From contig CANSWR010000003.1 of the NCBI GenBank assembly GCA_947650795.1, positions 1 to 58,997 of the forward strand: a stretch of 58,997 bases of DNA, given 5' to 3'. Source of the DNA: an uncultured Bacillota bacterium (lineage in GTDB: Bacteria > Bacillota_I > Bacilli_A > RF39 > UBA660). Below, in pieces: positions 18,702-28,904 of the stretch. Made by a program: the position numbers and the translations under genes. The first letter of the stretch is position 1. The number at the start of each line of letters is the position of its first letter. The notes under the pieces were generated by a model. The model ran no database searches. It had not been told where the DNA came from and saw only the letters and a list, made by a program, of their open reading frames with translations.

Positions 18702-21027
18702 TGTTATCGCTCCTTTCAAATAAGTCTACATATATTTCTTTATAATTTTTTATAATTTTAAATTTTATTTTATTTTTGAGATAGTCATCAAGTTCATCTA
18801 TCTCGCGTTTATTATACACCGAAATATATAATATGTCTATACCTTCTCTAATCGCAGCCATTACTTTTTCTCTTATACCACCCACTGGGAGGACTTCTCC
18901 TAATAATGTCATTTCTCCAGTCATTGATATATTTTTAGGAATACTTTTATTTAGTATGTGACTTAGTAAGCATGTTGTTATTAAAGTCCCAGCTGAAGGA
19001 CCATCTTTTGGAGTTCCAATTTCTCTAAAGTTTATGTGAAATGTTTGGTTTAAGATATTTTCATTTAGTTTGAAGTATTCCGTTTTAGATTTTATATAGC
19101 TTAGTGATATTTTGATACTTTCTTCTAATACTTTTCCTAATGATCCAGAGGTTATAAATTTATTTTCGCCTTTGTAACTAGTAACTTCTACTTCTAGTGT
19201 TTCTCCTCCATATGAAGTGTAAGCTAGACCAGTTAAGAAACCTGGAATATTTTCTCCTTTTTTTCTGGTGTTATATTTTTCGTTTTTAAGATATTTTTTT
19301 AAATCATCTGGATTTATAATTATGTTATTAATAGATTTGTTTTCAAGCTTGTAAGCTGTTATAACTTTTCTTATGATTTTATCTATAAGTCTTTCTAATT
19401 CTCTTACTCCACTTTCTTTTGTATAGTTGTCAATTATTTTTTCTAGTATGTTTTCAGGAATTTTTATTTGATTAGGGGTTAGTCCTACTTTTGATAGTGA
19501 AGTTGGGATTAAATGTTTTTTTGCTATTTCTAATTTTTCTGGTTTTATGTATGATGTAATATCTATTATTTCTAGTCTATCTAATAATACAGCAGGGATT
19601 GTAGATTTGTCATTTGCTGTTATTATCCATGTAATGCTACTTAAATTTATTTCTTCTTCTATAAAGTTATCTATGAATGTTTTGTTTTGGTTTGAATCTA
19701 GTATGTCTAATAATGAACTTGATGTATCTCCTTTGTAACTATCAGATAGCTTATCTATTTCATCTAATAATATTACTGAATTCATTGATTTAGATTTAAT
19801 TAAAGCGTTTACTATTTTTCCAGGACAACTTCCTATGTAAGTTTTTCTGTGACCTAATAATTCTGCTGGATCGTTTATTCCTCCTAAGCTTATTTTTGCA
19901 AAGTTCTTTTTTAATGCATTTGCTATGCTGCTTGCTAGTGTAGTTTTTCCTACTCCTGGAGGGCCGATTAAACATATTATAGGAGCGTATTCACTTTTTT
20001 TGTTTTCTTTTACAGCTATATATTCTATTATTCTATTTTTTATTTCGGTTAATCCGTAGTGTGATGAATTTAGAGAACTTTCTATTTTTTTTAAGTTTGT
20101 TTCATCTTTTGTATATATTCCCCATGGAATTTTTGTTAGATAATCTAAATAGTTTCTTATTACACCTAATTCTGGACTTATTTCAGGTGTTACTTCGTAT
20201 CTTTCTAACTCTCTATGTGCTCGACTAATGATGTTAGTTGGGATTCTTCCACTTTTTAATAGTTCTTTTATTTTTTCAATGTATTCTGTTTTGTTATCTT
20301 TTTCTCCTAATTCTTCTTTGATAATTTTTAATTTTTCTTTTAATATTAATTCTTTTTGAGCTTGATCTAAATTTTTTCTAAATTCAATTTCAATTTTATT
20401 TTCTAATTCTAGTACTGCTAATTCTATATTTATTTCGGTTATAAGTTTTTTTGTACGGGATACACGACTCATGTCTAACATTAATGATATTTTCTTTTCT
20501 AAGTTTAGTGGTAAGAAGTTAGCGATTTTATCTGTTAGTTTATCTAAGTCTGTTATTCCTTTTATATTATTTAATATTGAATTTGATATGTATGGATTAG
20601 CACCTATATATTTATCTAGTTCTCCTATAAGTTTTCTCAACAGTGCTGTTTCTTCTATTTCATTATAATCTTCATCTCTATAAGTTACAAATATACTTTC
20701 TAATACATCACTTTCGTTTGAATAATTTACGTAACTTAATACTTTTACTCTTTTTTGCCCGCTTAGGACTATTCTTGTGTTTCCGTTTGGTAAGTCTATT
20801 CTACTAGTTATTTTTGCTATTACTCCAACTTTTGGTAGATCTGTTGTATCTGGACTTTCTTCTAATTCGTTTATAGGAGTTACGATTAAAACTTCATTAT
20901 TATGATATAGCTTTGATATGTCTATTATTTTTTTGCTAATATCATTATTAAGTTCAATTCGTGCATCACCTTGAGGTAAAAGCACGAGGCCTTTTAGTAG
21001 TATTACTGGTAAGTTATTTTTAATCAT
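18661..21027 (-). CDS. lon: ATP-dependent protease La
   Basis: LON N-domain, GPPGVGKT, LLDEIDK, PKDGPSAG, PVGGIREK. Confidence 0.96.
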   Translation of the reverse strand: MIKNNLPVILLKGLVLLPQGDARIELNNDISKKIIDISKLYHNNEVLIVTPINELEESPDTTDLPKVGVIAKITSRIDLPNGNTRIVLSGQKRVKVLSYVNYSNESDVLESIFVTYRDEDYNEIEETALLRKLIGELDKYIGANPYISNSILNNIKGITDLDKLTDKIANFLPLNLEKKISLMLDMSRVSRTKKLITEINIELAVLELENKIEIEFRKNLDQAQKELILKEKLKIIKEELGEKDNKTEYIEKIKELLKSGRIPTNIISRAHRELERYEVTPEISPELGVIRNYLDYLTKIPWGIYTKDETNLKKIESSLNSSHYGLTEIKNRIIEYIAVKENKKSEYAPIICLIGPPGVGKTTLASSIANALKKNFAKISLGGINDPAELLGHRKTYIGSCPGKIVNALIKSKSMNSVILLDEIDKLSDSYKGDTSSSLLDILDSNQNKTFIDNFIEEEINLSSITWIITANDKSTIPAVLLDRLEIIDITSYIKPEKLEIAKKHLIPTSLSKVGLTPNQIKIPENILEKIIDNYTKESGVRELERLIDKIIRKVITAYKLENKSINNIIINPDDLKKYLKNEKYNTRKKGENIPGFLTGLAYTSYGGETLEVEVTSYKGENKFITSGSLGKVLEESIKISLSYIKSKTEYFKLNENILNQTFHINFREIGTPKDGPSAGTLITTCLLSHILNKSIPKNISMTGEMTLLGEVLPVGGIREKVMAAIREGIDILYISVYNKREIDELDDYLKNKIKFKIIKNYKEIYVDLFERSDNNEFHNRKQKSKNT

Positions 21028-21130
21028 GCTTCTGCCTCCCATATGACTTTTTATTATAAATATTTTCACACTTTATGTCTACTCATTTTTTCATTTTTTT
21101 TAATTTATTTTTTTTATTGTAACGAAGAAA

Positions 21131-21152
21131 ATACACTAAAAAATTAGTGCAT
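21131..21152 (-). terminator. Probable terminator of the holA operon
   Basis: ATGCACTAA/TTAGTGTAT stem followed by T-rich sequence on the minus strand. Confidence 0.5.
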
Positions 21153-21205
21153 TATTTTTGTTATTTTTTTGTTGACATAGTATTAAATTTATTGTAATCT
21201 AGTTA

Positions 21206-21292
21206 GTAAGAAAACAAAAATAGTAAAACGTAGCGAAGCTTTAGTAGGACTATTAAAGTTAGCTAAGAATTACTATCTAGTTTTCTTTTTTT
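21206..21292 (+). ncRNA. Putative ~85-nt rod-shaped small RNA
   Basis: TTGACA-17-TAATCT promoter at 21172-21200; four nested helices with G-U pairs; ends in a U-run; no ORF. Confidence 0.6.
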
Positions 21293-21527
21293 ATTTTAAA
21301 AATTCTTTATCTTTTTCTATATTTCTGAATGAAAGTTTTGTTAATGTTTTTATTTTTTCATCATTATTTGCTATTATTGATTGTTGGTAAAGAGTGATGA
21401 ATTCTTCAAATATTAAGACTGCTTCATGCATTTTTTTAAAATCTAAAGTTTTATTATAATCATAGATAGCTGCTGTGAAAGTTGAATGAATTTGATTAAA
21501 TATTTTTTGTAGTTCTTCATTTGTCAT
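21291..21527 (-). CDS. Hypothetical protein
   Basis: AGGTG RBS directly after holA. Confidence 0.65.
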   Translation of the reverse strand: MTNEELQKIFNQIHSTFTAAIYDYNKTLDFKKMHEAVLIFEEFITLYQQSIIANNDEKIKTLTKLSFRNIEKDKEFLK

Positions 21528-21534
21528 ATTACAC

Positions 21535-22470
21535 CTATAGTTCTAAAAAGAAAGTTTCTAGCGCTTTTGTTTTTTCTAAGATTCCTAATTTTATATTTTT
21601 ATCTACATCGCTTAGATTTTCTAATATTTTTAACATTGTTTCTTCTTCTATATCATTACTTGCTTTTATTGCAAGGGTTACTCTGTAAGGATGTTCTTTT
21701 AGTTTGCTTGCAATTGTTCTTGAATCCATGCCAGTTTCTGCAAGTATATTAACTTGATACATGAGTCTAAATTGTCCAGCTAGTAAGCTTATTATGACTA
21801 CTGGTTCTTCTTTATTTTCTATTAAATTTTTATATAATGTGAATATTTTGTTTTTGTCATTTTTAACAACAGCGTTAACTAAATCAAATATATTGTTATC
21901 ATTATATTTTGTTATTACTTTTTTTACGTCTTCTTTAGAGATTGTTTTTTCGTTTATTTTATATAAGTAAAGTTTTTCTAGTTCTTTATCTATTACTTTA
22001 GTGTTAGATTTTAATCTTTGTTCAATTTCTCTTACAGTATCTAAATCTATTTTAAATTCTTTTTTTTCAAAGTATTCTTTTATGTAGGTTATTATACTGT
22101 TTTCACTTAAAGGTTTAAATTCTATAGTTTTTACTTTGGTTTTTAAATATTTTACTAGTTTTTTTCTTTCGTCTAGTTTATCTGTTATTATTTTAAATAT
22201 TAATGTAGTTGAAAGATTGGGATTTTCTATGTATGACTCTAATAATTTACTTTCAAGTGTAGACTTTGCAGTTAGAAATTCACATTCATTTAGTATTACC
22301 ATTTTTTTAGAACCAAATAAGTCTAAATAAGAACATTCTTCAATTACATCTTCGATTTGACATTCTTTATAGTTATAGATTACTTTATTTTCTATATTAG
22401 ATTCTGTCATAGTTTTTTCTATAAATTTCTCTAGTTCGTTTTCATTTTCTCCATATAGTATATAGTTCAT
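21535..22470 (-). CDS. holA: DNA polymerase III delta subunit
   Basis: YILYGE, LDERKK, ELEKL, NIFDL, HPYRV, D..IK.G. Confidence 0.92.
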   Translation of the reverse strand: MNYILYGENENELEKFIEKTMTESNIENKVIYNYKECQIEDVIEECSYLDLFGSKKMVILNECEFLTAKSTLESKLLESYIENPNLSTTLIFKIITDKLDERKKLVKYLKTKVKTIEFKPLSENSIITYIKEYFEKKEFKIDLDTVREIEQRLKSNTKVIDKELEKLYLYKINEKTISKEDVKKVITKYNDNNIFDLVNAVVKNDKNKIFTLYKNLIENKEEPVVIISLLAGQFRLMYQVNILAETGMDSRTIASKLKEHPYRVTLAIKASNDIEEETMLKILENLSDVDKNIKLGILEKTKALETFFLEL

Positions 22471-22586
22471 GATATCACCTTGTTTATATTATAACAAAAA
22501 TAGTAAATTTTCTCTAGTTTTCTGATAATTTTATTATGATTTTATAATTAAAAAGACTATTGACTCGATTATTTGCCAATAGTTAT

Positions 22587-23258
22587 TTATTTTTTATTTT
22601 GGAATAGTGTAGCGCCTATTAATACTATAATAACTACAATCATAACTATAATGATAATGTTTATATTTTTAGGATTATTAACGGCATCTTGTACTATTGA
22701 TGCTGTAAGTAGATAGTTTGAACAGTGTGTTATTTCAAATTCTACTTTTCCATTATTAACTATTATATCATTTTGTATATATTCTATCCTATCTAATTCT
22801 TCATTATAGTAGTAAAGATAAAGCTTTTCTCCATTTTTGTATTTATTTTTTACATCTAACTTTATTTTTGCTTTAGTAGGTAATTCTCCATGATGATTGA
22901 ATGAGATTATAAGTTTGTCATTATTTGATACTAAATTTTCTATATTTTTGTCTTTTATATCAGTCATTAATTGTAATCTTAAATCTAGGTCTATTTCCAT
23001 ATTATCTTTTAGTGATTTATTAAAATCTTCATTGTTTAGGAATGTCCAAGAATAAGTAAGGTTTTTAGATTTATCTACTACTTCATATATTATTTCTTCT
23101 TTTGATATAGTTTTTGAGATATTTATTAATGTATTGTTTGATAACATTTTTTTGTTATTTATGCCAATTTCTTTGTCAGTATTTATTATGTGTGTAATGA
23201 GTCCTGCTATAACTATAAGTAAAAGAGAAATAAGTGTTATACTAAATTCTTTTTTCAT
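22587..23258 (-). CDS. Membrane-anchored surface protein, unknown function
   Basis: N- and C-terminal TMs; LYLYYYN...VEFEITHCSNY beta domain. Confidence 0.75.
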   Translation of the reverse strand: MKKEFSITLISLLLIVIAGLITHIINTDKEIGINNKKMLSNNTLINISKTISKEEIIYEVVDKSKNLTYSWTFLNNEDFNKSLKDNMEIDLDLRLQLMTDIKDKNIENLVSNNDKLIISFNHHGELPTKAKIKLDVKNKYKNGEKLYLYYYNEELDRIEYIQNDIIVNNGKVEFEITHCSNYLLTASIVQDAVNNPKNINIIIIVMIVVIIVLIGATLFQNKK

Positions 23259-23279
23259 AGTAATCCTTTCCGCATCTTA

Positions 23280-23921
23280 TTATATACTGTTTAAAAGTAT
23301 GAATAAATCATAAAATAAGTATACTACGCATGGTGTTATAATATTGCCTGTTTTTTCATATGATACACTTAATATTATACCCGCGAATGCAAAAGGTATT
23401 AATGTAAATAAATCATTTGTAGAAGAAATGTTATATCCTATTTGACAGAATGCGTATACTAAGCTTGAAAATATAATGAAGAAATATTTGTTTTGCAATA
23501 TATCTTTGAAAACTTTTCTAAATACTATTTGTTCTGTAAATAAGCTTATTACAAATACATATATTATTAGTAAAAAGATATTTTTGTCTAATAATGAATC
23601 GATTAGAGAAGAGTTATTATAAGTGACGTGAAAAACTTCTACTAATATAATTGAAACGATTAATAATCCTACTATTAATGCTGCTGAATATACTAATGAT
23701 TTACCTACGTTTTTGAAAAAGTGTTTGTTAAATGCTTTTATATCTCTTATTATGTCATCTTTGTATATAAATATAAATAATAAAAGTAATAAAAACATAA
23801 TACCTATATTGATTAATAAATCGTTTGTGCTATTTGATGTTATGCTTGGTAAGAGCATTGGCACTAAAATGTATAATAAAAAAACACCTATTCCTTTAAT
23901 TAATTTGTTTAAATTTGTCAT
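23280..23921 (-). CDS. CPBP/Abi (CAAX protease-like) membrane protein, degenerate active site
   Basis: TEQIVFR, SSLVYAFCQ, YEKTGNI..P..VYLFYD. Confidence 0.8.
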   Translation of the reverse strand: MTNLNKLIKGIGVFLLYILVPMLLPSITSNSTNDLLINIGIMFLLLLLFIFIYKDDIIRDIKAFNKHFFKNVGKSLVYSAALIVGLLIVSIILVEVFHVTYNNSSLIDSLLDKNIFLLIIYVFVISLFTEQIVFRKVFKDILQNKYFFIIFSSLVYAFCQIGYNISSTNDLFTLIPFAFAGIILSVSYEKTGNIITPCVVYLFYDLFILLNSI

Positions 23922-23970
23922 ACTTCCACCTCTTAAATTAATAAACCAAACCCCCAAATGTTATCCTAGA

Positions 23971-24006
23971 TTATAACCAAGGAAGATATTTTTTGATCCA
24001 CTTCAT
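23971..24006 (-). CDS. 11-aa peptide MKWIKKYLPWL
   Basis: AAGGAGGTG RBS 5 nt before the ATG; extended -10 TGATAAAAT upstream. Confidence 0.6.
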   Translation of the reverse strand: MKWIKKYLPWL

Positions 24007-24083
24007 TCTTCCACCTCCTTATTTTGTACTTTTATTTTATCATAGTCTTGTGTGATTTTATATATTTTTTAAAGAAGTTTACA

Positions 24084-24899
24084 TTAATTTATATTTATTT
24101 TGTATACTTCTTCATTGATTAGGAAATTTATTCCTGATAATTTAAGAGTGTCATTTATTGTAGCTTTAGTAGCATTTATTTCTAAAGTTTCAAGTAAATT
24201 TTTTAAATTGGTGTTTCTTTTTGTTTTTATTACGTCAAATTCTTGATTGTTTATTAGAGTTATGTATACAAAGTCTCTTTTGCTACAGTTTTTGAGCTCG
24301 TTATATATATCTATTACATCATATAATGATAATATAGTTGATTCAGAGGGAACTTTATTAAATTCTACTGTTATGTTTGGATATGTTCCTAAGTAGCTAA
24401 ATAAAGATTGATATACTCTGATGTTACTTTTATCTAGTGATATTTTGAATGTTATGTCTGGATAAGTTTGATCTAGTATGTCTAGTGTTTTTAAAATTAT
24501 ATTCATGTTATCATTTAGTATAAATTCGTCTTTTAGATCATAGGAGTCTTTACTATCTATTTTTAAATAGATAGTACTTGTTTTTGGTTTCCATATTTTT
24601 TTTATGACATCACTTTTTAATTCATATATATCATTTATAGAAATTTTTTTCTTTTCTTTAAAATCTTTAAAGTCGTTTTCTATTATTATTACGTTTTTAG
24701 GACCGCTTACAGAGTTTATTTCTCCTATTCCATTAAATAATCCTGACACAGGAGAATGTTCTTCTTTTTCCATAGTTTTGATTATTATTTGGTCTTTATA
24801 AATTGAACTTCCTTCGTTTATTTCTATATCATTTTGATTACTAAATGGTATGAAAATATAATCTACTGTTAATGCTTCTTTCGTTTTGTTACTTTCCAT
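24084..24899 (-). CDS. Degenerate RnfC/RsxC-like protein
   Basis: EGSSIYKDQII...HSPVSG...VIIIEND RnfC N-terminal pattern; no Fe-S Cys motifs. Confidence 0.55.
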   Translation of the reverse strand: MESNKTKEALTVDYIFIPFSNQNDIEINEGSSIYKDQIIIKTMEKEEHSPVSGLFNGIGEINSVSGPKNVIIIENDFKDFKEKKKISINDIYELKSDVIKKIWKPKTSTIYLKIDSKDSYDLKDEFILNDNMNIILKTLDILDQTYPDITFKISLDKSNIRVYQSLFSYLGTYPNITVEFNKVPSESTILSLYDVIDIYNELKNCSKRDFVYITLINNQEFDVIKTKRNTNLKNLLETLEINATKATINDTLKLSGINFLINEEVYKININ

Positions 24900-24901
24900 T
24901 T

Positions 24902-25486
24902 TTATCTCCTATTTAATATTTTTGTATCTAATTTTTTCTTTAAATCTATTATAGCTAAATATCTGGCACTTGTGGTGTTTTTTTCTTCTTCTGTTAGTTC
25001 TGCTAGAGTTCGGTTGTTATTTAGTTCAAATATTTCATCAAATCCAAATCCGTTTTGACCTCTTCTTGTGTTTGATATTTTTCCATGAAGTACACCTTCG
25101 CCTATTATAGTGTTAGTTCCATCATAGTAAACTAAACAACATACTGCATGCGCAACTCTCGTTTTTCCATTTATTTGTTTCATTTTTTCAAGTATATAAC
25201 AGTTTCTTTCTTTGTCTGTTTTATTTTCCCCTAAAAATCTATGTGTAAGGACTCCAGGCCAACTATTTAAAGCGTCAATACATAGTCCTGAGTCGTCTGC
25301 GATTGTAGGAATTCCAGTTATTTTATAAATTTCTGTTGCTTTTTTTAAGGCATTTCCATAAAATGTATCTTCTGTTTCTTCAACTTCAATATTAATTTTA
25401 GCTTCATTTAAACTTAATATTTCTTGATTTTTAAATATGCTTTTTAATTCTTTTATTTTTCCTTCATTATTACTTGCGAATATCAT
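24902..25486 (-). CDS. rdgB: Non-canonical purine NTP pyrophosphatase (HAM1)
   Basis: ASNNEGKIKE, ADDSGL, PGV, GFGFDEIF, EEKN. Confidence 0.92.
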   Translation of the reverse strand: MIFASNNEGKIKELKSIFKNQEILSLNEAKINIEVEETEDTFYGNALKKATEIYKITGIPTIADDSGLCIDALNSWPGVLTHRFLGENKTDKERNCYILEKMKQINGKTRVAHAVCCLVYYDGTNTIIGEGVLHGKISNTRRGQNGFGFDEIFELNNNRTLAELTEEEKNTTSARYLAIIDLKKKLDTKILNRR

Positions 25487-25502
25487 AATTTTACTTCCTT
25501 TC

Positions 25503-26231
25503 TTATAACCAAATTTTATCTGTTAAGTTGTATTTATACATTATTGTAGGACGATATGCTTTGTCTTTTACTATTTCGTCAGTTTTTTCACAGTATTTAA
25601 TTATTCTTTTTCTAAAATTTGATTTATCTACTTTTGTTTCAGTTATTAATTCATATATAATTCTTGTATCTTCTAATGAAAATTTTTGCGGTAGTAATTT
25701 GAATATTGCGTCAGTGTTATCAATTCTATTTTTTAGGTGTTTGTAAGCGATTATTATTTCCATAATTTGTTTTTCTAAATTTATGTCTTCTGTTTCTATT
25801 TCATGAATGTATTCAATGTTACAATTATTCTTTAGCTCTTTTGTTTTATATTTTATAGTAGTTTCTCCTAATTGGCAATATTCATTAGTTTTAAATTTTA
25901 TAGGTATTAATTCGTATTGTTCATCAATGTTTTTTATATTTTCAATATTCGCTAAGCTTAGGTATATTATATCTAATTTTTTATCAGCAAAGTATTTTCT
26001 TTCTGCTAATGTGTATACTTGTTCTAAGTGAAAAGTTTTTGTATTTATTATTTTAGTAATGTAGTCTTTTAATTCGGTTTTCATGTCATCTTGTTGTTTA
26101 AAGTATATGTTTGGTAGAGATTTATTAGTTTTTTTTACTAAGATTTTCAATACTTTAATATCAGTTTTTTTGTTGTTTTCACTTTTTTGTGTGTCCATTA
26201 CAAATAGGCACGTTACTAGGTTTATGTTCAT
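25503..26231 (-). CDS. NrtR-like Nudix/wHTH regulator
   Basis: LEQVYT, FKLLPQKFSL, VDKSNFRKRI, RP..Y. Confidence 0.75.
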   Translation of the reverse strand: MNINLVTCLFVMDTQKSENNKKTDIKVLKILVKKTNKSLPNIYFKQQDDMKTELKDYITKIINTKTFHLEQVYTLAERKYFADKKLDIIYLSLANIENIKNIDEQYELIPIKFKTNEYCQLGETTIKYKTKELKNNCNIEYIHEIETEDINLEKQIMEIIIAYKHLKNRIDNTDAIFKLLPQKFSLEDTRIIYELITETKVDKSNFRKRIIKYCEKTDEIVKDKAYRPTIMYKYNLTDKIWL

Positions 26232-26253
26232 ATTAATTACTCCTTATGTTACA

Positions 26254-26272
26254 TATAGTATTTTACACTTTA
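26254..26272. promoter_or_regulatory. Possible NrtR box
   Basis: TATAGT-N7-ACTTTA (GT-N7-AC) in the gene's own promoter; AT-rich, so weak. Confidence 0.3.
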
Positions 26273-26280
26273 AGACAAGT

Positions 26281-28086
26281 TTAGTCAAGATTATCTTTGT
26301 TGTTATTTTTAAAATTGGTTAAATATTCTTTTAAATTTATTGCAACATTATGAGGAATGATTGTTTCTAATTCTTCTATGGATGATTCTGTTATTTTTTT
26401 CAAACTTCCAAATTTTTTCATTAATTCTTTTTTTCTTGTTTCGCCTATTCCTTCTATGTTGTCTAGTATACTTGAAATACTACCTTTGCTTCTTATTTGT
26501 CTATGATAATTTATTGTAAATCTATGAACTTCATCACTTATACGTGTTAATAAGTAAAATACATTACTTCTTTTATCTATTTTATAAGATATTAGTGTGT
26601 CTCCATCAATCAGCTCGCTCAAGGAATGTTTGTCATCTTTTGCAAGTCCACATACTTTAATTTTTAGGTTTAAATCATTTAAAACTGAATTACAAGCATT
26701 TATTTGATTTATTCCTCCATCTACTAATATTAAGTCTGGAATTCTTGTTTTGTTTAATAATACACTTTGGTATCTTCTATATATTACTTCTTTCATAGAC
26801 CCTACATCATCGTTTTGTTCTTTAGATATTTTGAATTTTCTATAATCTTTTGTGCTAGGACTACCATCAATAAAGACTACCATTCCACTTACTGTAAATG
26901 ATCCAAATAAGTTTGAGTTATCAAATGATTCTATTACACTTAGGTTTTCCATGTTTAATAGATTACCTAGTTCTTTACATGCAGTTTCTGTTTTTTCGTT
27001 TTTTCTATATTCTAATTCCATATTATTTTTTAGATTTATTTTTGCATTAGTAGCCGCTAAATCTAGTAAGTGTTTTTTCTTTCCTTTTTGTGTGATTATT
27101 ACTTTTGAGTCAATAACACTGTTAAGTAATTCTATGTCAAGATTATTGGGTACAATTATTTCTTTTGGTGGAATATTTTTTTTAGCGTAGAAATTAACTA
27201 TATAATATTCTAATGTTTCCTTAATATCATCTATAAGAGGAAATATGTTTTTTTTGTTTCCAACTAGTTTACCATTTCTTAAAAAGAACACTACTATACT
27301 TATATATCCATTTTCATAATAGTAGTTAAATATATCTCTATTTATTCCATCGTTAAGTTCTACTTTTTGTTTTTCAAATACAACTTTTATATAATCTAAT
27401 TCTTTTTTTAAGTCTAATGCTATTTCAAAGTTTAAGTTATCTGAGTTTATTTTTATTTTCTCTAATATTTTGTTTATTAGTATTTCGTCATGGCCATTTA
27501 GGATGTCAATTATTTCTTGCCTTAATGAGGTTGTATCTAAATCTTTATGAACACAGTATCCAAGACATTCTCCTATATGATAATATAAACATTCTTTTTT
27601 AGGAGTTTTGTCACATTTTTTTAATGGATATAATCTATTTATTAAGTCTACTAATCTTCGTGCAGCATGTCCATTTGGAAATGGTCCGAATAGCATTTTA
27701 TGTTTTTTATTTATATTTATTTCTCTTTTTACTACAAGACTTGGAAATTTTTCGTTTTTAAATTCTATGTAAGGGTAACTTTTATCATCTTTTAATAATA
27801 TATTATATTTTGGATCATATTTCTTAATTAGGTTTAATTCTAATATGAATGCTTCTAGTTCACTTCCTGTGACTATGTAATCAAAATCTATTATTTCGCT
27901 TACTAATTTCTTTGTTTTTCCTGTTACACGTCCTGTGAAATAGCTTTTTAATCTGTTTTTTAGGTTTTTAGCTTTTCCAACATATATAATTATTCCTTTT
28001 TCATTTTTCATTTGATAAGAACCAGGAAGTGCTGGAACTAGTGATAATTTTTCTTTTATATATTTATTTATGTTTTCATCTATCAT
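26281..28086 (-). CDS. uvrC: Excinuclease ABC subunit C
   Basis: PGSY...IIYVGKAKNL GIY-YIG, IESFDNSN, PDLILVDGG, HhH. Confidence 0.97.
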   Translation of the reverse strand: MIDENINKYIKEKLSLVPALPGSYQMKNEKGIIIYVGKAKNLKNRLKSYFTGRVTGKTKKLVSEIIDFDYIVTGSELEAFILELNLIKKYDPKYNILLKDDKSYPYIEFKNEKFPSLVVKREININKKHKMLFGPFPNGHAARRLVDLINRLYPLKKCDKTPKKECLYYHIGECLGYCVHKDLDTTSLRQEIIDILNGHDEILINKILEKIKINSDNLNFEIALDLKKELDYIKVVFEKQKVELNDGINRDIFNYYYENGYISIVVFFLRNGKLVGNKKNIFPLIDDIKETLEYYIVNFYAKKNIPPKEIIVPNNLDIELLNSVIDSKVIITQKGKKKHLLDLAATNAKINLKNNMELEYRKNEKTETACKELGNLLNMENLSVIESFDNSNLFGSFTVSGMVVFIDGSPSTKDYRKFKISKEQNDDVGSMKEVIYRRYQSVLLNKTRIPDLILVDGGINQINACNSVLNDLNLKIKVCGLAKDDKHSLSELIDGDTLISYKIDKRSNVFYLLTRISDEVHRFTINYHRQIRSKGSISSILDNIEGIGETRKKELMKKFGSLKKITESSIEELETIIPHNVAINLKEYLTNFKNNNKDNLD

Positions 28087-28148
28087 TTTTAACACCTATT
28101 TATATTTTAACAAATTTTTATGTTTATAACAATAAAATAAAGTCCAGG

Positions 28149-28904
28149 TTAATTGGACTTTGATAATTTAAGTTTTTTGACTTCATTAAATGATGAGTCA
28201 ATTATTTCTTTATTTGTTAATAAATCTATTTTGTAACTATTATCTACATTGTTTAAGACTAAGCTTTCTAGTTCACTTAATGTCAAATCTTCTCTAAGTA
28301 TATAAATTAATTCTTGGTCTTTAAATATTGTTTCTATATCAAATCTGTAAACTTGCCTAAAATTTTCAATAGATTCTTTATTAGCTTCTAAAATCATGCG
28401 CTCGTTTCTTGCTGCTAGATATTCTGCTAATTTTATTCTGTAACATCTTAATTCTTCACTAGTAATAGATTTAATTCCATAATTATTAAGTAATGTATAA
28501 AAAGCACATAATACTTGTTCTTTGTAATAGATTGTCTCTATATATTTTTTTTGAAGTGATTTATAAGTTGCTTCTCTTAATAGGCAAAGTAAATCATAGT
28601 CTAATGAATGTGCTAAATAGTCAATGTAATTTTCACTTATCTGTTCTTTTAGTATTAATTCTCCATTGCTATAAGTTAAGTATGTGCAATTTTTTAAAAA
28701 GATTTCTTTGTCTTTTTCAGATAAGTTATATGTAGTTATGCCAATGAAAGAATCAAGGTAATCACTTAGCATTTTTATGTCTGTAGCGCTTGTTAGTTCT
28801 TCATCTTTGATTACTAGTGCTCTTTTTTCTTTATAAAGATTATATAACATTGCTATTATTATTTTTTCGTATGTAATTGTTTCTTTCTCTCTATATTTAA
28901 TCAT
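28149..28904 (-). CDS. Orphan protein with an internal duplication
   Basis: Two ~120-aa units; overlaps the rbfA stop. Confidence 0.7.
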   Translation of the reverse strand: MIKYREKETITYEKIIIAMLYNLYKEKRALVIKDEELTSATDIKMLSDYLDSFIGITTYNLSEKDKEIFLKNCTYLTYSNGELILKEQISENYIDYLAHSLDYDLLCLLREATYKSLQKKYIETIYYKEQVLCAFYTLLNNYGIKSITSEELRCYRIKLAEYLAARNERMILEANKESIENFRQVYRFDIETIFKDQELIYILREDLTLSELESLVLNNVDNSYKIDLLTNKEIIDSSFNEVKKLKLSKSN

